DNA of 64,000 nucleotides from Selaginella moellendorffii (taxonomy: Eukaryota; Plantae; Lycopodiophyta): contig NW_003314262.1 of assembly GCF_000143415.4 (NCBI RefSeq), positions 3,026,603-3,090,602 of the forward strand, read 5' to 3'. Below the pieces are notes generated by a model that saw only the letters and a program-made list of their open reading frames with translations, was not told the origin of the DNA and did no database searches. The position numbers were made by a program, and so were the translations under genes. Below are positions 10,951 to 21,075 of the stretch, piece by piece. Position 1 is the stretch's first letter. Every line of letters starts with the position of its first letter.

Positions 10951-13886
10951 ATGGATTTGAAGAAGGCGCTGGATAAGACGGTCCGGAATATGTAAGTTTT
11001 GCTTGATTTTCTTCGAACAGTGGGGGGAATTCCTGGTGATGCCCAACATTTTTTTTGGTGTTGCAGGAAGAGAGAAGTGAACAAGAAGGTGCTTAAAGTT
11101 CCAGAAATCGAGAGAAAGGTAAAGGTCTTTTGGTTTTGGCTCTCGAGATCTTACATGTAGCGCTACATTTTTGTTTTCGAAGGTCTTAGAAGCGACTTGC
11201 AACGAGCCTTGGGGTCCTCATGGAACACTCATGGCTGATATCGCCCAAGCGACTCGGAATTTGTAATCGCGAAGATTGTTTTGCTTTTCACAGTGCTTGA
11301 TCGCTTTTTGTGCTTTCCCTTCTTGCAGTAACGAGTATCAGATGATCATGACTATTTTATGGAAGCGTCTGAATGACCGAGGCAGGAACTGGCGTCATGT
11401 CTTGAAGGTAAGGTTTTTAAAGCATTTTTTTCCCCAATGCAAGCGAAGTTTTTTTGAACTTCTTGTTGTGTTTGTAACAGTCTCTGACGGTGATGGAGTT
11501 TCTTGTTGGTCATGGCGCTGAAAGATTCATAGATGAACTGCGGGAGCACACTTACCAAATCCAGGTTCGTAGCAGAACAAGCACAACTATTTCTAGTTCT
11601 TAGCCGCGTTGTTTTGCAGACTTTAGTCGATTTTCAATATGTGGACTCTAGTGGTAGGGACCAAGGACTTACTGTAAGGAGGAAAGCCCAGGCATTAGTT
11701 TCTCTTATAAACGACAAAGAAAAAATTCGTGAATTTCGTCAAAAAGCAGCTGCGAACAGAGACAAGTACGTAGATCACCCGTCAGTTGATTGTCACTCAA
11801 TGCTTGCATATGCAGGTACCGTGGCGTATCTTCTGTTGGAGGGATTTATCGCTCGAGTTCTTACTCGAGCACTGGCGGTACTTATTCAGACCGTGACGAC
11901 GATGATAGATATGGGGGTGGTCGCTATTCCGGAGATAGATACAGGGACGGGGATCGATATGACGACAGATACAGAGACGGAGACAGATACCGAGATGATG
12001 ATCGCTATGGCCGAGACAGTGATCGTCCTTATTCCGACAAGTATGATGCCACTGATAGAGACCGTGGCTATGAGGATGCAAGGTATGCAACTTCAGTGCT
12101 TATAAGTCTTCCCATTCTGATTATGCAATTTGCAGAAGTAGTGGGAGCAAAGATGACGACGACTGGTATGTATGCAGTTGTCGTTATAATGCTTACTTAT
12201 CCTCAATCGCGATTTCAGGAAATCCGAGAGAAAGCAGTCAAGAGGGAGGTCGAATCCCCCGAGCTATGAAGAGGTTTCTAGTCCGGCAAATGGATCTCAA
12301 AGCAAGGGGTATATACGTACTTAATGTATGCGTGCACCGGAGCTTACTTGCATATGTTGTATGTCAGCAGGAACGATACTGTTGCTCCTTTAGAGAGCCA
12401 CGCTAAAAAAGAGGAAGAGTTACGAGAAGAAACCAAGACGGAAAGCTCTCCAGTTGATGAATTTGACCCACGAGGCTCCATACCCGGTATGTACTGCTCA
12501 ACTTTGTGTTTCTTCTTTTTATTTTGTTGCCAGACTGATCACCTTTGTATAGGTTCTTCATCGGACCAAGATCTTTTTGGTCACGAGCCAAAACTGACAT
12601 CGGCAGGAACTGCACCTCCGACATTTCTAAGTGCTGTCGAGGAGCTATTTGCTCCCACTAGTGCTCCCTTCGCGTTAAGCACCGTAAGTATGGGGACCGA
12701 ATCGCAGCTCATGTTATAATCACGTGCTTTGGTGTTTAGGATCTTGACCCCTCGAATCCTTTCGGTACGCCAGAGTTTCACGCTAATGCTCCCGATGGCG
12801 CAACCAATGGTGTAGCGAATTCATTTGAAGACTCTCTAGCGTTGGCCCTTGTTCCACAGTCGCAGTACGAACAGGAATCTCAGCCTGAGTTGCCATCGCA
12901 ATTGTCTTCTGACAATCCTTTCCAAGCGCAAAACAGTCAATCGCCGCCGCAGCAACTTCCACAGCAGCAGCAAGAGCAAAGCTTGCCTCAGCAACAATTC
13001 CATGCACAGCAACAGTTTCCTCCGCAGCAGTTGCAGCAGCAGCTTCCATCGCAGCAACAGTTTCCTCCGCAGCAGTTGCAGCAGCAGCTTCCTTCGCAGC
13101 AACAGTTTCCTCCGCAGCAGTTGCAGCAGCAGCTTCCGTCGCAGCAACAGTTTCCTCCACAGCAGCTACCATCGCAGCAGCAGTTCCCTCCTCAGCAGCT
13201 TCCACCCCAGGAACAGTTTCCTCCGCAGCAGCAAATGCCACCTTTCCGTCCACAGCAGCAACAACAGTTCCCCCCTCAGCAGCAGTTTCCCTTCCAGCAG
13301 CAGCAATTCCCTCAGCAACAACAACCGGCCTTCCAACAGCAGGCCCAGTCTTTCGTGCCACAGCCACCAACTTTCCGTCCACCGCAGTTTGCACAGACCG
13401 GTTTCCCGCAGCAGCAACAGGCGCAGTCGTTTCTTCAGCAGCAGCAGCAAACTCCAACTTATTCACAACCTTTTGCTCCACAGCAGCAGCAGCATCAACA
13501 GCAGAGTTCGGTCCCAGACACAACTCTGCACGCCAAGCCGAAGCAGCAGGAGCCTTTCCAGCCAAAGTCCGCGGTCTGGGCCGACACTCTCAGCTCGGGT
13601 CTCGTGAACCTCAACATAGGACCATGTACGTATGACATCTCTGCTTCTTTTTCCCCTCCAACTCACATTTGTTTCACTGTTTGCAGTAAAGAGCGATCCT
13701 CTCGCGGAGCTGGGGATCCACTTGACGGAATCCAAAGTCTCAGCTTCCAGAAGAGAAGAAAAGAAAACATCGTCCGTGCCAGCGACGAAAGGCCAGGCAA
13801 TGGGGTCGGGCTCTGGTCTCGGGCTGGCTGGGGCTAGTATAATGCACAGGGCACCTCCGCCGCCACCACCCATCATGGGTGGACAA

Positions 13887-13925
<39 letters not shown>

Positions 13926-14042
13926 ATGCCTCCACCGCCCATGGGAATGCATCCTGGCATGATGCCCATGGCGCCGCCCATGATGAATGGCATGGGCATG
14001 GGGATGTATCACCCATCGCAGCAGCAGGGAGGATTCAGGTAG
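10951..14042 (+). CDS. ENTH-domain clathrin interactor EPSIN (EPSIN2/3-like), multi-exon
   Basis: [68 protein letters not shown] (ENTH). Also a DRY-rich tract, [35 protein letters not shown] and an MG-rich C-terminus. Confidence 0.93.
13007..13240 (+). repeat. Coding tandem repeat, 45-bp unit ([15 protein letters not shown]) x3 plus shorter variants, inside the Gln/Pro-rich epsin exon
   Basis: CAGCAACAGTTTCCTCCGCAGCAGTTGCAGCAGCAGCTTCCNTCG at 13007, 13052 and 13097, followed by truncated units. Confidence 0.9.
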
Positions 14043-14477
14043 AGAGAGTATACTGTGAATGGAGTGATTATTTTTTTGGATGATGTGAATAAAATAATTC
14101 TTGCAAATAAAACCTCTAGTAGTAACCACAACTAATTTCTTCACTTTTAAAACAATGCCTTTGTTTTGAAAAGTCGTGTATTTTCCTTAGAAAGTTATTT
14201 GCCGGTCACTAGAGGACGGCCAATTTGATCTCTCATGAGCCCAAGATTATTCCACACGTCAATTGTTTTGTATGTCCCCTTTGCTGTATAGGATGCTCAA
14301 GGTAACCCCTCTTTATTGTTGTTTTGCTTGATTCAAGGAGATTCCTATGCAAGTCTAGTTTCCCAGATTTGCGTCAATGAACCTTCCATGACAAACAGTC
14401 TTATCAGCAAAGTAATAATTAAGAAACCCTTGAACTTTGTCCTTTAAATTCAATTAACAATCCTCTTGTTTAGTTTA

Positions 14478-15417
14478 GAGCGAGAGGTGTGGACTGCCCA
14501 GCCAACTGATGCAAAGCATACCTTTGAGGGAGAACCACCCCCATTCAGACAGGTGAGCTATAGCATCATTACAAAAGCTTAAGCTATTTTGGCTGGTTAA
14601 AATCAACAGCTGATTGTATGAAGTGTAACAAAGCTCACAATCGGATAGATATTTTTTCGGAAGGCTGCTTATGCCTGAAATTTGATTTATTATATGTGGC
14701 TAGGATTAATTCATAGAGCACTCATGGGCGGCTTCCCTTGGAAGGATTCATCCAGTTTGGAGATATCACCAGCGCAAAGGTATATCGCACTTTCTGTTTT
14801 TACATTCTCTTCTTTTTCAATTATATCATGTATGACAATGGGCTATGGCCTCGTCACCTTTAGCAGCGAGACAGGCATGCGCAAGGCCATTGAGAAGATA
14901 GCCCTTGCCGGACACGGGCTACGAGCGCCACCCGCTAGAAGTGTTTGAAGCAAAACCAGGGAGGGCCTCTTGGAGCCGAGACTTGTGAGAGTGCGGGAGG
15001 TGTGGACTGCCCGGTCACAGCAAAAAGGATTGCAACACCATTCCTCCTACCGATCCAAAGCATGTCTTCGCGGGAGAGTTCAAGCGCGACCCATTCAGAC
15101 CTGAGGTGAGTTAAAGTTCGTAATTTCTCCTGGAAGTTTGTAATCTCAAGGAAATGGAGTACACGCTCACCCGTGAGGACTGGCCCTGCGAGGCCCCGTC
15201 GCCTGTTTACAGCCAGAGATAATGCCGGCAGGTGGTGAGAACGTATTGGAAGATGAAGGTCCCTGTGGATCCAAAGCAACTCCAGGAGAGCGTTTTGAGA
15301 GCCTTCACTATCTTACCGCCTGAGGAGTACTTCCACAATGATGCGCCAAGATATGATGGCTCTTGCCGTGAGTTCCCTGGCCATGAGCGTAAGGGACTGG
15401 GACGTTTGTTCTCATAG
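14478..15417 (+). pseudogene. Degenerate inverted copy (plus an extra fragment at 14478-14560) of the RRM/zinc-knuckle gene at 17315-18097
   Basis: GFIQFGDITSAK, MGYGLVTFSSETGMRKAIEK, the zinc-knuckle coding sequence and VPVDPKQLQESVLRAF all match the 17.3-18.1 kb gene. The copy has deletions and frameshifts and retains introns. Confidence 0.8.
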
Positions 15418-15529
15418 ATCGCGCTACTGAGTTGATTCTTTCACACCGAGCCCAAACACAAGATGCCTTCTCGTGCTCCAAGCGAAGACGTGTTACTGCC
15501 GGCACTTCTGGCCGTTTCACTTCTGGGCT

Positions 15530-15650
15530 GCTGCGTTCCACCAATGTCCATATCAACCAGGAGGATTGTCACAAACATGGATCCAGAACTGTAAACTGAT
15601 TGCATGCTTTTCTGTGTTGTGGTGTTGCCAAAGTTGTGCCAACTTATAGT
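15530..15650 (-). pseudogene. Relic 5' fragment of the Cys/Trp-rich peptide family
   Basis: Encodes MFVTILLVDMDIGG. AACCAGGAGGATTGTCACAAACATGG and GGTGTTGCCAA match 1189-1214, 2960-2985 and ~3086-3096. Confidence 0.7.
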
Positions 15651-15971
15651 CTGGATACCTTGATATGAATGCATTCAAAGATCTCATAACAGTTGTAAGT
15701 TTCTCAAACATAGCTCAAAACGCGATCATGGCTGATCAAATAATGCAAATGCCTTTGAGCGCTTGCAACTCTACACAAGTCCAAAGGGTAACTGAAAACG
15801 CGTGATCTTTCCAAGCACCACCTCGATCCATCGAGACAATCGGCCGAAGCGAGCTGAAGGAACAACAACTCTCAAAGACAATCGTCTCACTCCAAGCCAA
15901 GTGTAGTATGGAATCTTCCCAAACACAAAATCCCTTCTCGCGGTAAATGCTCCAAGCGAAGTGGAACTTGT

Positions 15972-16903
15972 TCATAGCAGTAGAGCATTCTCTTCTTGCT
16001 GGCTCCTCCAGTTGTGGACGGCGCTCACGAAAGAGGCGATGCGATCCAAGTCCTTGGCAATCCCATCCGGCCCAGCAATCCCACTCGAAACGTCCACTCC
16101 ACTCGGCCTCAGCAGCGAGATCGCCCTTCCCACATTCTCGGGCTTCAATCCTCCAGCCAAGAACCATCCTCTCTTCCCAACAAAGCCCAAGCCTGGCCGA
16201 CTCAAGGATTCCCAATCGAAACTCTCGCCACTGTCAAGTCCCACAGAGAAAAAAAAGTTTGTTCTATCCAAAGAACACGCAAAAGATCGCATACCTTCCA
16301 CCCTGAATGCTATCGATCAGTGTCCACTCCACGGGAGCCCCCGCCACAGGCTGTGGCGTTTGGATGGATCCATCCTTGCCGGCGTGAGCTACGTAGATCA
16401 CTCGTAGCGATGACGAGGACGATGCGAGGCCATCGAGCGCTGCTCTAGCACCGGTTCCATGGAGCTGCCAGTGCCAATCTCATCATCCTGGAAGACTTCC
16501 CCAATTCCCTGGAGCACTGGCTTACCTGCGCGCAATCTAGCCCGGCCTCCCGGCACGAATCCGCGATCGTGTGCGCGTCCTCGTCCACGAAAACCCCCAC
16601 CGGCACCGCGCCCTGCTCCCTAGCCGCGGCGGCGATCTCTCTCGCGAGGGAGATCGACACGGATCGCTTGGATCGCGGCCAGAGAATCATCCCAATGTAG
16701 CTCGCCCCGGCCGCCGCCGCGCGACTGGCATCCCCGGGTGTGGTGATCCCACACATTTTCACAACTGGAACGTAGTCGCGAGGAGGAGAAGATTCGCAGC
16801 ACCGGATTGACAACCTAGACGCCGAGAAGCCCTTCCTGTCTGACGATCTCCTGGCTAGAGGATGGATGCCAGGAGCCGACAAGCTGCCTAGCAGCACTGC
16901 CAT
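15972..16903 (-). CDS. PAI: Phosphoribosylanthranilate isomerase, plastid-targeted (3 exons)
   Basis: Transit peptide; [55 protein letters not shown] and GVDVSSGI are TrpF motifs. Confidence 0.95.
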
Positions 16904-16910
16904 AGCTCAA

Positions 16911-17290
16911 GAACCCTAAACTTCAAATGCGATCGAATCAGGCGATTGCCCTAGAAAGTTCGTTGGGAATTTAGGGTTCTTGGTAAGTCACCATTCGTTT
17001 TCTCCCAAGGGAGAAAAAAAGAGAGAGAAGCTTTTTAGTTCTTTAGCTAGAGTGTTAGAAGGATTGCGAGGTTTTATAAGATCCTCGCCTTCTAGATAGG
17101 TACCAAGAGGCCATCACTGAATCATCCAGAGTCGTTCCTTCTTCTAAGCCCGTACCTCAGATCGATGTTGATACTTCGGTGGACAAAAACCAAAATGGGC
17201 CGAGAAAGAAATAACCACTGCCACTGCTACTGCTTTCGTTGCAACCGTGGTGCACGGTGCTGCGAAAAAGACGAGAAGAGCAGTGATCTC
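16911..17290 (+). pseudogene. Deletion-collapsed direct duplicate of the CEP120 promoter and 5' region (18190-19390)
   Basis: An ordered mosaic of 12-45-nt blocks matches 18191, 18236, 18627, 18764, 18799, 19095, 19129, 19198, 19247 and 19344. Confidence 0.75.
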
Positions 17291-17314
17291 TAAATTTTGT
17301 GAACCCTTTATTTA

Positions 17315-18097
17315 CTAGAAAACAAACGTCGGCCTGATAATCCTGGGGACCGGACGCAAAGAGCCATCAGCTCTGTCCATAGGATCGTGGAAGAACTCCC
17401 AGGGGCCATAGCGATCAAAGGCTTCCAAAACGCTCTCCTGGAGCCGATTTGGATCCACAGCGACCGTCATGTTCCAATACGTTCTCCTCACCTGCCGCCA
17501 TTCTCTGTGGGTGTAATCAGGCGCCGGGGGCTCCCATGGCCAGTCCTCACGGGTGAGCGTGTACCGCATAACCTTGCACACACACAAGGAGGAGAGATGA
17601 CAAACTTTCACGGAGAAATTGCAAGCTTTAACGCACCTCGGGTCTGAATGGGTGGGGCTTGAGCTCTCCCGCAAAGACATGCTTTGGATCGGTAGGGGGA
17701 ATGGAGTTGCAATCCTTTTTGCAGTGGCCGGGCAGTCCACACCTCTCGCACTCTCGCGTGTCCCAGCTCCAAGAGTCCCTCCCTGGCATTGCTTCAAACA
17801 CGTCTAGCGGGTGGCGCTCGTAGCCCGTGTCCGGCAAGGGCTTGCCGTTCATCTTCTCAATGGCCTTGCGCATGCCTCTCTCGCTCCTAAAGGTGACGAG
17901 GCCATAGCCCATTGGGAAGTTTTTCTCGTCACGCATGATCTAATTAATTGAGAAAAGAAGAGAATTTCAGAACAAAAAGGGCATTGAATCTTGTGATTTA
18001 CCTTGGCGCTGGTGATATCTCCAAACCGGATGAATCCATCCAGGTCTCGTTGATCGGCATACCAGGGCAAGCCGCCCCAAGTGAAGCCGCCACCCAT
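17315..18097 (-). CDS. RRM + CCHC zinc-knuckle RNA-binding protein (RZ1-like layout) with an unrecognised C-terminal domain, 3 coding exons
   Basis: RNP2-like FTWGGL, RFGDITSAK, RNP1 MGYGLVTF, AIEKMNG, and CERCGLPGHCKKDC (CX2CX4HX4C). Introns at ~18001-17941 and ~17636-17573. Confidence 0.75.
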
Positions 18098-18261
18098 AAC
18101 CCTAGCCACTGATCAACACAATTATGATTAACTTTTACATACTTATTTGTGGTAATGAGAATAATGTTACCTTTATTTGTATGGTCCTGCCCTAAATTTC
18201 AAATGCGAAGCTTTGCCCTAGAAAAAAGGAAAATTCGTTGGAAATTTAGGGTTCTTGGTCC

Positions 18262-20903
18262 ATGGAAGGCGGGGGTGGAGCTGGCGATGCCGCCTTGCGG
18301 CTCTTCCGCGTGAGCGTGGATGTGCGAAGCTTCAAGGCGGGCGTGCGCCTGCCAATGCGCGCCGTGAATGCGTTCGTCAAGGTGGTGCTACCACCGGAGA
18401 TCGTCAAGCTGGCCCTCGAGTCGGCCAATCCGGGGGGCAATGCGGCCAAGCTTACGGCGCCGCTGAGGAGCCATCCTCCTGTTCTCGTGGAGCGATGCAG
18501 CGAAGTCACCATTCCAAATGGGTGAGTCTCCTCTTCCTCGTAGGAAGAAAAGAAGAGAGATCTCTTCCCCGAGAGAAAAGAGAGAGAGAGAGAAACGCTT
18601 TTCCTTTAGCTCTTTGTTGTTTGTTTGAGTGTTAGAAGGATTGCGAGCTTTTATAATGATACACTTCTCTACAGATGATAATCTGGTGCTGCCAAACTGG
18701 TTTTCAGCTACGTTGCTCTGGAGCTGCCGGTTTCTGTGCTTGGCTTGGCTGCGACGCTGGCACAAGATCCTCATCTTCTAGCGGAAGTCTACCATCGCGA
18801 TAGGTACCAAGAAAACAAATTCCTTTTTGGTTTCAAGCTCTTTGTTCTTCCACAGGTATGCAGCGGACAGCGTGATAGGAATTGCTCGAATCTCCATGGC
18901 TCCGCTGATGCACGACCCACGACTCGATGGCTACGTGACTGTGAGGAACGAGAAACAAGTAAGTTGAGTTGCATCCAGTTTTTGATCGCACTAATTGTAA
19001 GACAGGTCACGACTGGTTCCATCAGGCTCGTGCTCGCGACCGAGGAACTAGGACCCGTCCGTGGATCACAACACAAGCGCGTGGAAGGCAAGGAGCCATC
19101 ACTGAATCATCCGTGTCCGGGGCTGGAAGAGTCGTTCCTTCTTCTCAAGAACAACATCAGCCAGTACCTCGGATCAAAGGCGGTGGCTGTGCAAACCGAT
19201 ACTTCGGCGGCCGAAGGAGCTTCCAAAAAGAATGGGCAGAGGAATGCCGAGAAAGAAAAGACCACTGCCACTGCTGCTGCTTCGACTGCTCCTGCCGTGC
19301 AGCACGAGAAGGCATCGGTTTCGTTCCAACCGGTTAGCAAAGACGTGGTGCACGGTGCTGCCAAAGACGAGAAGAGCGATGATCTCCGGGAGCACGTCGA
19401 GTACGAGCTGGCATGGGAGTTTGAGATGTGGCGGCGGTCGGAAGAAGCGAGATGGCGCGCGGAGCTCAAGGAGAAGGAAGTCGCGACGATCAAGGCCCTG
19501 GAAGAGGAGTCCAAGAGGAAACAAAAGGACCAAGCTGCTGCCTTGGACAAGGTTAGACTTGAGCTCGCTAATCTGGAAGCAAAGCTAAGGTAAGGAAGAC
19601 AAAAGAACTATTGAGACTAGCTTTACTTCGTAGCGCCCTGAGAGTCCTTCTTCTTTTGTTCCAGGACGAAGCTACTAGCTGTGGAGAAACGAGATAGAAC
19701 GCTGGTTCATGCCGAAGAAGAAGCGGCTTTGAGAAAGGAAGCCTTGCAACGAGAATGCGCACAACGAGTAGCAGATGTCGAGGTTTTCTCGCTTTCTTTC
19801 TTTTCACTTTTGCCAATGCTCAAATCTTTTGCTTGTGCGTTTCAGAATGTTGCCAAGAGAATGCAAGCCGACTACCAGCAACGAATCGAGATGGAGCACG
19901 GCAAGTTTGTGATGCTCCAGCAGCAATACGCTGCCGTGGAGCAGCGCCTGGCAAGCACAAGCGCGACGCTGGCCGCGGTGGAAAAGGAGTTTGCGGCCTA
20001 CAAATCCGCACAGAGGCTATCCTCCGAGGCCGACCTCGCAGCCCAGATCCTAGTCCTCAAGCACCAGTGCCATGAACTGGAAAAGAAAGCTGACGCAGCC
20101 GAAAAGACCCGAGACGAGTACAAAGCACAGGTATCAAGAAAGTTCCGCCACCTTTTCTCTTTCCTTTTGACTCAATAGAGGGAGGAATTTGCTCACAGGT
20201 GATACGGCTGGCCAAAGAACTCGCAAACATGCGCAAGCGCTCGCAAGAGCCACCGCCCCCGCGGCCTAGCAGCGGCAGTCGGGACACGACGGCTCTCACG
20301 GCAATGCTCCAGGAACATCTTCGCGCAGCTAGCCAAGACAAGCTCGAGCTCAAGCAGCTGAAAGAACAAGTAGAGCGCCTCCAGCAACAGGAGCAAACGG
20401 CTCTCACGGCCGCCGCAGCTGCCGCCGCTGCTGCTGCCACCGCTGCTGTATCACGACGCCAAGTAAATACCGAGGCATTGAGCAAAGAGGCCACTGCCAA
20501 TGCCAAAGAGAGCGAACCTGACGAAAGCAAGCACGAGACCAAGGAGCACAAGGAAGCTGTGATCCCGGCAACCAGTCATCCAGTAGCTGCCGAGCCCGAG
20601 CAACGCAATCCAGTGCCTCAAAAGCCTCCACTGCCGCCGCCGCCACCACCACCACCAAAAGGAGAGCTTTACGAGAGACTAGCAGCGATGGAGCACATAG
20701 TTGCTCCTTCGTTTGACGATAGCGAGCCCTTCCTATCACAGATAACTGCATTCCAGAGGTCTGAGATAGTGAGGCTCACCAAGCAGAAGGCCGACTTACT
20801 GCAAACGGGAGTCTACACCGTCCACGACAGGATAATCCGGGGCCTCGACGAGGAGATTAGAAGGCTCCGGTCGATTGACACCGCGGGGCTCTGCTCGCGG
20901 TAA
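18262..20903 (+). CDS. CEP120: Centrosomal protein CEP120-like (C2 domain + coiled coil)
   Basis: C2-like LFRVSVDVRSF...LRSHPPVLV...EVYHRDR; EYELAWEFEMWRR..EARWRAELKEKE; long coiled coil; C-terminal RLTKQKADLLQTGVYTVHDRIIRGLDEEIRRL matches the CEP120 C-terminal motif. Confidence 0.85.
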
Positions 20904-21075
20904 CAAACCGTGCGTCATTAGCGAGAAAAGAGAGAGTGAGTAAACACAGATAGAAAGTCACGCTTAAAAACCAGTATGAGCGCTGCTACATTTACACAAA
21001 AATGGGTACATACCTTTCCTCGAGAGGAAACAGAGAACCTGGAAGCTGAGAGATTTAGAGGTATATGATGATAAA

